Below are positions 20,403-32,608 of a DNA stretch of 64,000 nt, one piece after another. The position numbers were made by a program, and so were the translations under genes. Source of the stretch: Macrostomum lignano (Eukaryota); assembly GCA_002269645.1 (NCBI GenBank), contig NIVC01002037.1, positions 124,001-188,000 on the forward strand. The letters run 5' to 3'. Positions within the stretch are counted from its first letter, which is position 1. Each line of letters opens with the position of its first letter. Under the pieces are notes generated by a model, which saw only the letters and a list, made by a program, of their open reading frames with translations, made no database searches and was not told where the DNA came from.

Positions 20403-20762
20403 AGGTCACGGATATTGTCCGGGGTGGTCAGCTCGTCCATCCGCTGGGGGTGGCCGAGGTATTTATGCCGCGCCTTGTTGAAGTAAGGGCAGAAGGTGAC
20501 GTGATGCTCCGCGGTCTCCTCTCCTATGCCACAGAAAGGACTGGTGGGAGGGCAACCGGTTTGCAACGAGATATGTCTCTGGAAGAAGCCATGGCAGGTT
20601 AGGGCCATGCACATCTCCCTGAGGTCGGTTCTGTTAAGCGAGATCAGATAATCAGAGACTTTCCTGTTCAGGTTAGGCATGGCAGAGCGGCTCTGCCTGT
20701 ACTCAGTGCAGCCGTTCCAGTGGAGCTGGTGGAGCCACCTGTTGATATGGCGGGTGACTTGC
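20403..20762 (-). mobile_element. Third, more diverged fragment of the same LINE (C-terminal knuckle region)
   Basis: Aligns to 4166-4534 with a 9-bp in-frame deletion and scattered substitutions. Confidence 0.88.
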
Positions 20763-20889
20763 CCGGAAATGGCTTGATATTCCCTACTGTTAATTGTGAT
20801 TAAACCGGGCCTTCAGCCAGCAAGACCAGCCCCACAAAGAGGAGCCCGAGTCGCCGCCCTATCCGCAAATCGAGTGCCCGCCCTGCGCC

Positions 20890-23800
20890 ATGCGCGGCTC
20901 CGAGCTGCTTGTCTCCGGCGTCAGTTCCGCTCCAAATCCTGCCGAGAAGAAGCTACGGAAGCAGAAGCAGCCGCGAGCAAAATCGAAAAAAGCCGTTCGA
21001 TCGAATCGAGCCAGCGAGTTGCGCAAGCAGCAGCATCGCCAAGAAGCCGAGTATCCCGACGGTCTGCAGGCTCAGCAGCAGCAGCAGCCGTCGCCGCACC
21101 TGAGGCGCCTCTATAAAGGCCGCGGTCCGTCCGCCGTCTTCCTCGGGTCCAACAGCGACAGCGACAGCGACACGGACAGCGACTCCGGCGCTCTGCCCGA
21201 TCTGCATCTGAAAATTATTGAACCATACAGGAGCTCCGCTGGCCTGCCCAGGACGTCTACGGTGCGTGTTCACCGTGGCAATCATCTACCTCCCTTCATC
21301 TGCCTCCTTCATCTGCCTCCCTTCATCTGCCTCCCTTCATCTGCCTCCTTCATCTGCCTCCTTTCATCTGCCTCCCTTCATCTGCCTCCTTCATCTGCCT
21401 CCCTTCATCTGCCTCCTTTCATCTGCCTCCCTTCATCTGCCTGATCCCTTTATCTGCCTCCCGTCATCTCCCTTCTTTCATCTCCCTGCCTTCATCTGCC
21501 TCCCTTCATCTACCTGCCTTCATCTGCCTCCTTTCATCTGCCTCCCTCATCTGCCTCCCTTCATCTCTCTTCCTTTATCTATCTTCCTTCATCTCTCTCC
21601 CTTGATCTCCTTTCCTTGATCTCCCTCCCTTCATCTCCCTCCCTTTATTTCCTTCCCTTCTGAATCCCTTCATCTCTCTCCTTTCATCTCCGACCCTTCA
21701 TCTCTCTGTTCATCCCTATCCCTTTGTCTCGTCTCTTCATTTTCACTTTCCTCTCTTTTTTGACTCTTCGTACCTTTATCTCCCTCCCTGCATCTCCCCC
21801 TTTGATTTTCCATGCCTCTCAAGCTATATCTCTCAGGCCCTTTATACTTAAAAATTTTAGCAGCGCTCAGTCGCATCACAGTCGAAAAATTCACCGGCAA
21901 GAAACGTTCCGTAAGCGAAGATATTATGCAAAATTTCTTTACTGACTACTTATAAAATGGAAACATAGCTGTTGGTCAGTAGTGTGGCAAGGGTGGACAT
22001 CGTGTTTTTTGACATGCAGCTCTGAGAAGTCCGCAACATGAGAAGCTTCAGCATGTTAAATACAAGCTCTAGAATGTTAAATACAAGCTCCAGAATGTTA
22101 AATACAAGCTCCAGAATGTTAAATACAAGCTCCAGAATGTTAAATACAAGCTCCAACATGTTAGATACAAGGCCACAACATGTTAGATACAAGCTCCAAC
22201 ATGTTAGGCATAAGCTCGAGCATGTTAGACACAAACTCGAACATATTAGATACAAGCTCGATGCTCGAAAATGTTAGACACAAGCTCCAGCATGTTAGAT
22301 GTCGCCAAAGCTCCCCATCCCAGACTCCCTACCCACCGCAGACACAGTGCCGAAGACCCCTCAGCCGCGGCGGGCAGCGGCAGCAGCAGCCTGGACCTGC
22401 CACGCCTCCGCGAGCAGCTTCAAGAGACTGAGCGGCAACGATCGAAGCTTAAAAATCGACTGGCCGAGCTGGCCAAATTGATGTCCGAATCGATGGCCGA
22501 GGAGCACCGGCCGGACGATGCAGCTGTTGCTATGGAAACGGCCGCCGCCAAGCTGGCTACCGTGTCTACGGACTCGCGCTATCCGTCCGATCCGAGCGTT
22601 GAACATGACGACGAGGATCAGAGCGAATCTCTGGTGTCAGTCCCGGAAGCTGAGGACACAGTTGAAAATGTCGAGTTGCCTCCATTGGAGGTCGAGAAGC
22701 CTCAGACGGAATCGGCCAGCGTTGCGATTCAGACTGACCAGCTGCTTGGGGTTGCGGATAAACCGGATCTGTGCGACAGGGTGGGTGGTGACAGTTGAGA
22801 GCGGGCTGATTGATTGATTGACTGATTGATTGATTTTTTATTGACTGACTGACTTACTGATTGATTGTTTAATTGACTGATTAATTAATTGATTAGCTGA
22901 TTGATTGATTAATTAATTGATTGACTGACTGATTGATTGACTGATTGATTGATTGACTGATTGATTGACTGATTGATTGATTGACTGATTGATTGACTGA
23001 TTGATTGATTGACTGATTGATTGACTGACTGATTGATTGATTGATTGACTGATTAATTAATTAACTGACTGACTGATTGATTGATTGAATGATTAATTGA
23101 TTGACTGATTAATTGACTGATTGACTGATTGATTGATTGAATGATTAATTGATTGACTGATTAATTGACTGATTGACTGATTGATTGATTGAATGATTGA
23201 TTGATTGACTGATTGATTGATTGATTGACTGATTGTTTGATTGACTGATTGATTGATTAACTGATTGTTTGATTGACTGATTGATTGATTAACTGATTGT
23301 TTGATTGACTGATTGATTGATTGACTGATTGATTGATTGACTGATTGATTGATTGACTGATTGATTGATTGACTGATTGATTGATTGACTGATTGTTTGA
23401 TTGACTGATTGATTGATAGACTGATTGTTTGATTGACTGATTGATTGATTGACTGATTTATTGATTGATTGACTGATTGATTGATTGACTGATTGATTGA
23501 TTGACTGACTGACTGATTGATTGATTGACTGATTGATTGATTGACTGATTGTTTGATTGACTGATTGATTGATTGACTGATTGATTGATTGACTGATTGA
23601 TTGATTGACTGATTGATTGATTGACTGATTGATTGATTGACTGATTGACTGACTGACTGATTGATTGACTGATTGACTGACTGACTGATTGATTGACTGA
23701 TTGACTGACTGACTGATTGATTGACTGATTGACTGACTGACTGATTGATTGACTGATTGATCGATGGATCGATTGAATAATGGTTTTATTTATTTTTTTA

Positions 23801-24997
23801 TTTATTCATTACTTCATTGTTTGGTTTTTCGATTAAAGCAGTACAGTAACTGTTTATTTAGTAGTTAGTCCAACATTAGCTAAGAACGATTGCTCAGGCC
23901 CCCCCATCGATCAATTCCTCCTAGGCCACGCAGTCTGTCACATCAGAGTCGCCTCAGAGCCAGCAACTGCTGGAAGCTCAAAGCCGTGAACGCCAGTCGC
24001 TGCTAGCCCGCCTGAAATCCGCGGCCGAGGACTGCGCCAACCTGAGGCTCGATCGCGAGGCGATGCGGCGACAGCTCGATGCGGCGCAGTTCGATCGGCG
24101 AATGGCGCTGGCCGAAGCCGAGGAGAAGCGGGCCGACTTGGCGACGGCGAGGCGAGAGGTCGACGACAGGGATGGGCGGTTGGAGAGGATGGCGGCGAGT
24201 CAGGTGAGACATGATGGGATTTGAGTCTGTGATGATGGGATTTGAGTCTGTGATGATAGGATTTGAGTCTGTGATGATGGGATTTGAGTCTGTGATGATG
24301 GGATTTGAGTCTGTGATTATGGGATTTGAGTCTGTGATTATGGGATTTGAGTATGTGATGATGGGATTTGAGTCTGTGATGATGGGATTTGAGTCTATGA
24401 TGATGGACTTTTAATCTGTGATTATGGACTTTGAGTCTGTGATGATGGAATTTGAATCTGTGATGATGGAATTTGAATCTGTGATGATGGGATTTGAGTC
24501 TTTGATTATGGGATTTGAGTCTGTGATGATGGGATTTGAGTCTGTGATGATGGGATTTGAATCTGATGACCAATGCACAGAGAGTGTACATGCTTGATGA
24601 TTAGAAAGTCAGGGCCGAATTTTATTGCCAAATTCTCCAATTATGCTTGGCCTCAGGTGCGCACAGAGAAGGAGGTTGGCAATCTTCGAAGCCAGCTGTC
24701 AGAGCTGCGCCGTCAGCTGGACTCGGCCGAGAACAGTTGCCAAGCTGAAGCAGCCGAGAACCAGCGTCACCGGGCCAAGATCCTGAGCCTGGAGTCTCAG
24801 CTGGACAGCCGCATTCAGGAGCTCGCCGCGGTCACCAACGCGCTGATCGAGAAGCGACGCTCCGAAGAGGACCTGCTGGCTCGGATGCAGCAGCTGCAGC
24901 GGCAGCTCTCCAGCTCCGAAGAGACCGTGACCAGACTCAAAGGGCAGTTGGAAACCGAGCAAACTCGACCGCGAGTTGCCGCGCCCCTGCCGCCGCC

Positions 24998-25043
<46 letters not shown>

Positions 25044-27414
25044 AAGCAGCCACCAGTTCTGCCCACAGTTGAAGAGGAGGTGCAAACAGCCGACACTGCG
25101 GCACCATGGCCTGAGGAGATGAATCAACGGATGGCAGAGCTGGATGCCAGGATTAACCGGCTGATCGCTGGAGCTCGAGAGGGGGTCGGCGGTGGACCTT
25201 CGGAGCAGCGGCGGAGAGTGGGGTGGGTGCTGATTGGCGGGGAGTGGGGTGGGTGCTGATTGGCGGGGAGTGGGGTGGGTGCTGATTGGCGGGGAGTGGG
25301 GTGGGTGCTGATTAGCGGGTAGCGGGGAGTGGGGTGGGTACATAGGCTTCTCCTTCACTAATTCAGAATCCCAACTTCATCCCCGACCCCAATCCCACAG
25401 TGCCCCAGGCATCGAGCCAGAAGCAGACGAGCAGCCAGAGTCGGCAACCGCGCACCGCAGCAGCCAGCAAGTGGCCACTTCAACACCGCAGGCTCCCAGA
25501 ATTGACACCCAAACTGAGCCAATGCCAACCAATCAGCGAATCGATTTGCTGCTGAACCGAACCGAGCAGTTGGAGGCCAGCAACCAGCAGCTGGCAAAAG
25601 ATGTTCGAATGCTCCGGCAGATGTGCGCAGATCTGCTGGAGTCCCGAAAGGAGCTCAAAAATGAACTGGCGGTTGCTAAGGTGACGGAGAAAAATCGAAT
25701 AACTTAGAGTTTCTTCCTAGATCAAGCCTCCCATGAGCCCAAACAGTTTTATTTACTTAAATCCCATCATCACAGACTGAAATCCAATAATCACAGACTG
25801 AAATCCCATAATCACAGACTCAAATCCCATCATCACAGACTCAAATCCCATCATCACAGACTCAAATCCCATCATCACAGACTCAAATCCCATCATCACA
25901 GACTCAAATCCCATCATCACAGACTGAAATCTCATCATCACAGACTGAAATCTCATCATCACGGACAGCTGAAATCCCAATTTAACCCCATTTTTAAACC
26001 TCCATATTTTCGCCGCAGATGTCTGGCTCGACCTCAGCAGCCGCTAATCTGGAGAGCTCCGATGTGAGTCAGGCTCACCATCAGGGCCTGTCAGACTACC
26101 TGTTCCAGACTGAGACCCTGAGGGCGATGATTCTGCGTCAGCTACGCGACCTGCAGAACTCCAAGCAGCGGCTGCAGTTTAGGTGTGACAAATATGAGCT
26201 GGGAACACATTGATCACAATTTCAAATCTCACAGTCCCGATTTCAAATCTCATAGTCCCGATTTCAAATCTCATTGTTCCGATTTTAAATCTCACAGTTT
26301 CGACATTAAATCTCACAGTCCGGATTTCATATCTCATTGTCCCGATTTTAAATCTCACAGTCCCGACTTCAAATTTCACAGTCCTGACTTCAAATCTCAC
26401 AGTCCTGACTTCAAATCTCACAGTCCCGACTTTAAATCTCACAGTCCCGATTTCAAATCTCATTGTTCCGATTTTAAATCTCACAGTTTCGACTTTAAAT
26501 CTCATAGTCTCGATTTCAAATCTCACAGTCCCGATTTCAAATCTCATTGTTCCGATTTTAAATCTCATAGTCCCGACTTTAAATCTCACAGTCCCGATTT
26601 CAAATCTCATTGTTCCGATTTTAAATCTCACAGTTTCGACTTTAAATCTCATAGTCCTGATTTCAAATCTCAGTCCCGATTTCATATCTCACAGTTCCGA
26701 TTTTAAATCTCATAGTCCCGACTTTAAATCTCACAGTCCCGATTTCAAATCTCATTGTTCCGATTTTAAATCTCACAGTTTCGACTTTAAATCTCATAGT
26801 CCCGATTTCAAATCTCACCGTCCCGACTTTAAATCTCACAGTCCGGATTTCATATCTCATTGTCCCGATTTTAAATCTCACAGTCCCGACTTCAAATTTC
26901 ACAGTTCTGACTTCAAATCACAGTCCTGACTTCAAATCTCACAGTCCCGATTTCAAATCTCACAGTCCCGATTTCATATCTCACAGTTCCGATTTCAAAT
27001 CTCATAGTCCCGACTTTAAATCTCACAGTCCCGATTTTAAATCTCACAGTCCCGATTTCGAATCTCATAGTCCCGATTTCAAATCTCACTGTCTCAAATT
27101 CGCACGGCAGGTCTCAGCAGCGGGAGCTATCTCTGTCACAAGAGCTGCAGTCTCAGCAGGCCGCCGTTGACAGGTCTTGGCAAGCCTTGCAGGCGAGTCT
27201 GAGCGCATCTGCCCAGCCTAGGAACTCTTCATCAGTTGGGGCTTATCGCGATTTCTACCTGAGACGCGCTGGCAACATCGTCGCCTCCAAAGCCAAGGCC
27301 GCCGAGTCGACTCGCCTCATTGAAGCCATTCGCCGACACCCGCTGAGCGACGCCGTCAAACGATGCGGATGTCGGCACGCTGACAACTGCCCGATGAAGG
27401 CGGAATGGCAATGA
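20890..27414 (+). CDS. Uncharacterised coiled-coil protein, paralog A. Exons ~20890-21261, 21861-21910?, 22299-22780, 23925-24203, 24657-~25191, 25367-25680, 26019-26182, 27111-27414
   Basis: GC-rich exons with canonical splice sites and heptad-like segments (LREQLQETERQRSKLKNRLAEL; LRSQLSELRRQLDS). Colinear homology with 45335-48420. The 5' exon phases and the donor near 25191 are uncertain. Confidence 0.7.
21283..21730. repeat. C/T-rich degenerate repeat (ccttcatctgcctc)n
   Basis: Visible periodicity; intronic. Confidence 0.8.
22045..22298. repeat. 21-bp minisatellite (agctccagaatgttaaataca) ending at a splice acceptor
   Basis: Tandem units; the last unit ends catgttag|at. Confidence 0.85.
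22805..23765. repeat. (TGAT/TGAC)n tetranucleotide microsatellite, ~960 bp
   Basis: Direct observation. Confidence 0.95.
24211..24565 (+). repeat. 21-bp minisatellite (atgggatttgagtctgtgatg)n
   Basis: About 17 units starting 7 nt after the donor at 24204. Confidence 0.92.
25753..25980 (-). repeat. The same 21-bp minisatellite in inverted orientation (catcacagactcaaatcccat)n
   Basis: The unit is the exact reverse complement of the 24211-24565 unit. Confidence 0.9.
26215..27090. repeat. 21-bp minisatellite (aaatctcacagtcccgatttc)
   Basis: About 40 variant units filling the intron. Confidence 0.92.
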
Positions 27415-27640
27415 TGATAATAATAAAAATGGAAATATTACTACCATTCATGAAAATGATTTAAGAATTTCAAATACAATGAATTGAAATAGAATTTGAA
27501 CCGCCACCAGACTGACTTTGAAAAATAACAAAAAGTATAATAAATAAACAAAAATAAATTCAACCATACAGAAAAGCAAACACAATTAAACGGAATGAAT
27601 TTTGAAGTTTTGTTTATGCGAATTTTTTTGACAATTGCAG

Positions 27641-28170
27641 TTCTGTGACAGTGGCTTTGATTGGCTTGATTGTCTATGGCCGAGAGCAGTTTTGTGACAG
27701 TGGCTTTGATTGGCTTGATTGTCTATGGTCGAGAGCAGTTTTGTGACAGTGGCTTTGATTGGCTTGATTGTCTATGGCCGAGAGCAGTTCTGTTGCAGTG
27801 GCTTTGATTGGCTTGATTGTCTATGGCCGAGAGCAGTTGTGTGGCAGTGGCTTTGATTGATTGTCTATGGCCGAGAGCAGTTCTGTGGGGACAGTGGCTT
27901 TGATTGGCTTGATTGTCTATGGCCGAGAGCAGTTTTGTGACAGTGGCTTTGATTGGCTTGATTGTCTATGGCCGAGAGCAGTTCTGTGACAGTGGCTTTG
28001 ATTGGCTTGATTGTCTGTGGCCGAGCGCAGTTCTGTGGGGACAGTGGCTTTGATTGGCTTGATTGTCTGTGGCCGAGCGCAGTTCTGTGGGGACAGTGGC
28101 TTTGATTGGCTTTATTGTCTATGGCCGAGTGCAGTTCTGTGGCAGTGGCTTTGATTGGCTTTATTGTCTA
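27641..28170. repeat. ~49-bp minisatellite (gtgacagtggctttgattggcttgattgtctatggccgagagcagtttt)
   Basis: About 11 tandem units. Confidence 0.9.
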
Positions 28171-28430
28171 TGGCCGAGTTTTAAAGGCAAAACTTTCTAT
28201 AGATTCTGAATATAATACAGAATATTGTGTGGCCACTGCTGTCCTTGAGAAATATTCTTTGAGAAAATTTATACCAAAGAGACATCCTCGAGCTCAGAGG
28301 ATTTCCTTTTCTCATAAATATGTTTCTCAAAGTCAGTTCCTTCTCTCTGATGAGAAGTCTGGAGAGTCTTTGGGTGCACCAAGCCCGACTAAAAAACTGA
28401 CAATGAGCATGAGAAGTTCAATTATCTTAC

Positions 28431-28653
28431 TGTGATGACTTGATATTGAGAGTTTGCATTTGCGGTTTTGGGGTTGGCCTGCGCTGGGGGTTTGGGGGCA
28501 CGCTCAAGTTGCCTTTTAATTTATCGATTGTAATGTACGCACGTACTTTGTGCATACCTAATATTAAAATATATATATCGACTGATTCTGGCTTTTGAGC
28601 CCTCGTGTTTTTGTTATCGTCCGCCAAATATTGCAATAGTTGACTCTGTTAAA
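28431..28653 (+). repeat. 5' LTR
   Basis: Direct repeat of 32735-32957. Confidence 0.95.
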
Positions 28654-28654
28654 G

Positions 28655-28672
28655 TGGCGACGAGGATGGGAT
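28655..28672 (+). other. Primer-binding site complementary to the 3' end of tRNA-Ser(GCU)
   Basis: TGGCGACGAGGATGGGAT is the reverse complement of ..AUCCCAUCCUCGUCGCCA, the 3' end of metazoan tRNA-Ser(GCU) as recalled from memory. Confidence 0.8.
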
Positions 28673-31600
28673 GAGTCTTATAGGCTCAATAGGACCCTTT
28701 GAAGAGGGCACTGAGACCTGGCAGCAGTACCAGGAGCGCTTAGAACAGTTTTTCACAGCAAATGAAATCAGCAATGAAAAGAGACGAGCCGTGCTGCTGA
28801 GCATCTGTGGCAGGGACACCTACCAGCTGATATCAAACCTGCTGTCACCGGCTCTGCCGAAGGACACGACCTAAGACGCCATCTGTGCTAAGCTGAAGGA
28901 GCATTTTGATCCAACCCCACCAGAGATTGTACGGCGATTCAGGTTCTACAGCAGAAGCCGTCAGGCAGGCGAGTCGGTGGCAGAGTTCCTGGCTGAGCTG
29001 CGTAAGCTAGCTCGGGACTGCAATTTCGGCGTTGGCCTCAGCAGCATGCTCAGGGACCGACTGGTCCTGGGGATCAGTGATGATTCCATTCAGCGGAGGC
29101 TCTTCACAGAGAAGGAGCTCTCACTGGACACGGCGCTGTCGCTGGCGCAGGCCCACGAGTCGGCCGCTCAAGGCAACCTGCTGGTGGCTAAAGGCGCCGG
29201 CTCTGACATGGTGCACGCTCTTCACCATTCTGCCCGGCGGGAGGCGGCCAGCGGGCCGCCAGCGAAGCGTTGCTATCGATGCCTGTCCCAGCGCCACCTG
29301 GCTGCAAAGTGCCCGTTCATCAATAGTAAGTGCTACGCATGCTCGAAAACCGGACACATCGCTGCTGCGTGCAAGGCAGCGCCGCCTGCTCAGCGGGACG
29401 AGAGATCGGCGGGGCCGCAGCGAGCTTCTAATCGTCGCGTCGACTCGACCGTCCAAGAGCTGCAGGCGGAGGAGGCAGATGAGGAGGCTTTCTCGCTGCA
29501 CGTGATGGCCGCCGCCGTAGGCGGCAAGATTCCGCCAATTAAGACCACCATCGACATCGACGGCACGCCAGTCTGCATGGAGGTCGATACTGGGGCGTCT
29601 GTGTCACTCATCTCTGCGAAGACCTACAACGAAGTACTACGAGGGCGTCCCAGACTCGAGCGAGTCAACACGCAGCTGCGGACGTACTCCGGAGAGCTGG
29701 TGCCCGTTCTCGGCCAACTTCGAGTTCGCGCGCAGACCGAGATCGCCAGCAAGGTGCTGCCGCTGCTCGTGATCGATGGTGCCGGCTCGAATCTGGTTGG
29801 CCGCGACTGGCTGGCCGAACTTCCGCTGGACTGGCGAGACATCAAGCAGGTGCAACAGCATCCGTCAGGGCAACCAGGACTCAAGAGCCTGCTGGACAAG
29901 TACGCCGAAGTCTTCGAGCCGGGCCTTGGTCGGTACACGGGGCCCGCGGTTCGGCTGCAGCTGAAAGCCTCAGCGCGGCCGAGGTTTTTCAAAGCCAGGA
30001 ACGTCCCGCTTGCGCTGAAGGAGAAGGTCGAGGCGCAACTCGAAAAAGAGATCGAACAGGGAGTGCTGAAGCCGGTGAGCAGCTCGGACTACGCGTCTCC
30101 GATCGTACCCGTTTTAAAGACAGATGTCTCGGTCCGCATATGCGCTGATTTTAAACAAACGGTGAACCTCGACGTCGAGCCCGACACGTACCCGGTGCCG
30201 AGAATCGAGGAGCTCTTCGCGAAACTGGCCGGCGGAAAGAAATTCACTAAGCTTGACTTGTCGCAAGCGTACTCGCAGCTGCCTCTGGACGAAGCCTCGC
30301 AAGAACTCTGCACCATCAACACCAGCAAGGGGCTGCTGCGGTACACGAGACTGCCGTTCGGAGTTGCTCCCGCTGTCGGCATTTTCCAGCGCCAGATGGA
30401 CTGCCTCCTGCAGGGCATTCCCCACGTCACCTGCTTTGTTGACGACCTGCTGGTTACCGGCGTGGATGATGACAGCCATCTGAAGACGCTGGAGCAGGTC
30501 CTTCGGCGACTGCAGCAGAGCGGCCTCCGGTGCGGCCTGAGTAAGTGCAGCTTTATGCAGCAGAGCATCAGCTACCTCGGGCACCGAATCGACGCCGAAG
30601 GGCTGCACCCTCTCCAGGACAAGGTGCGGGCGATCCAGGACGCGCCACCGCCCCGCGACCAGACGCAGCTGCGCAGCTTCCTCGGGCTGGTAAATTATTA
30701 CGGCAAGTTCATGCCCAATCTGTCAACCGAACTGGCGCCGCTGAACCAGCTGCTGAACAAGGGTGCCCCCTGGCGATGGGACGCTGTGCAGGACGAGGCG
30801 TTTCGCAGGTGCAAGTCGCTACTCAGCCAGGCACCGGTGCTTGCGCATTTCGACCGTCAGAAGCCGCTGGTGCTCGAGTGCGACGCCTCGCCTTATGGCA
30901 TCGGCGCCTCATCAGCCACCGAATCGACGGAGTCGATAGGCCGATCGCCTTCGCCTCTCGCACGCTACATGAAGCAGAGACCCGATACTCCCAGCTCGAG
31001 AAGGAGGCGCTCGCGGTCATTTACGGAGTTAAGAAATTTCACATGTACCTGTTCGGGCGAGACTTCAAGCTGGTGAGCGACCACAAGCCGCTGCTCGGTC
31101 TGCTGCACCAGTCCAAGCCGATACCAGCACTGTCTTCTGGCAGAATCCAGCGGTGGGCGCTGCTCCTGGCCGGCTACCAGTACTCCATGGTCCACCGAGC
31201 GGGCAAGTCGCTGCTTCGAGCCGATGCGCTGAGTCGGCTGCCGCTGCCGGAGAAGCCGAAGGAAGCGCCAACTCCAGCTGAAGTCGTCCTACTCATGGAC
31301 TTCCTGGACGAGGGACCGGTGACGGCTCGGCACATCCGGACGTGGACTCGGACAGACCCGGACTTGTCCCGAGTTCTGCGTTTCACTGAGACCGGCTGCT
31401 GGCCAGAGCGGCCGCCGCCTGAGCTGCAGCCGTACTGCACGCGAGCCGACCAGCTGAGCACCCAAGACGGCTGTCTGCTCTGGGGCTGCCGAGTCGTAGT
31501 TCCCGAGGCCGGTCGAGAGGCGCTGCTGCACTGCCTGCACCAGGGGCACCAGGGCGCCACGAGAATGAAGGCGCTGACTCGAAGCGTTTTCTGGTGGCCC

Positions 31601-32608
31601 AAGCTGGACGAGGCGATCGAGCGGCTGGTCGCCGCGTGCACCGAGTGCCAGGAGATGCAGAAGTCGCCAGGTCCGTTTCCACTGCAGCCGTGGGCGTGGC
31701 CGGACAAGCCGTGGTCGCGCCTGCACATTGACTACGCCGGGCCAGTCCAGGGCCGGATGTTGCTGGTTGTCGTGGACGCTCACTCCAAGTGGATGGACGT
31801 GCATGTGATGCCTTCGACGTCGTCGACTGCGACTATCGAGAAGCTGCGGTCGAGCTTTGCAACTCACGGTCTGCCGGACGTGATCGTCTCCGACAACGGT
31901 CCGAACCTGGTCAGCGCGGAGATGGAGACATTCCTGAGCAAGAACGGCATCCGGCACGTGCGCACGGCTCCGTACCACCCGGCGTCCAACGGCCAAGCAG
32001 AGCGAGCAGTTCAGACTCTGAAGCGTGCGCTGGCCAAGCAGCGAAGCGGCTCTCTGGAGGAGCGAGTCTCCCGGTTCCTCCTGACGTACCGAGTCACGCC
32101 GCATGCGACTACCGGGACGGCTCCCTGCGAGCTGCTGATGGGGCGGAGGCTGAAATTGTTGCTCGACCGAGTCCGCCCTGATCTGCCCGCCCGGGTGGCC
32201 GTCCAGCAGGCACTGCAGAAGGAGCAGCACGATGCCCACACGCACGACCGCCGCATTAATGTCGGCGACTCGGTGCTGGCGCGAGACTTCGCGAGAGACG
32301 GACGCTGGAGACCGGCGACAGTCACGGACAGTTCTGGTGCGGCCGACTTCACGTGCCGGTTCGATGACGGCAGAGACGCACTCAGGCACGTGGACCAGGT
32401 GCGCAAGCCGGCCGCGGTCAGTCAGCTTCCGACCAAGCCGGCGGTACCAGCGGCAGCGGTGCCGCAGTGCGATGCGGTGCCGAAGGGCGCATCCGAAGTT
32501 TTTGCTGACGGCGTTGCTACTGAGGCTGCGGCGGAGCCTGACGCCATGCCGCAGCTTCGCCGTTCGATGAGGAAGTGCGCTGCACCTGAGCGACTGACTT
32601 ACAGCTGA
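28671..32608 (+). pseudogene. gag-pol single ORF with one in-frame TAA (28872-28874) and one frameshift (~30909)
   Basis: Gag with two CCHC knuckles (CYRC..H..C, CYAC..GH...C); protease EVDTGA; RT FVDD; RNase H ECDASPYGIG; integrase H..H..C..C, HIDYAGP, SDNGP, SNGQAERAV. Confidence 0.92.

Noticed and set aside
17080-28170. CRISPR-like arrays (37-, 33- and 49-bp repeats)
   Set aside because: Units are contiguous with no unique spacers, there are no cas genes, and the context is eukaryotic.
28872-28874. Programmed stop-codon read-through in gag
   Set aside because: The TAA lies early within the gag capsid region rather than at a gag/pol boundary and lacks a read-through context. A nonsense mutation or base error is simpler.
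31289-32389. 366-aa antisense ORF in the Gypsy integrase region, and similar antisense or overlapping ORFs in the LINEs and the giant exon
   Set aside because: Expected shadow ORFs of GC-rich or repetitive coding strands; no recognisable motifs.
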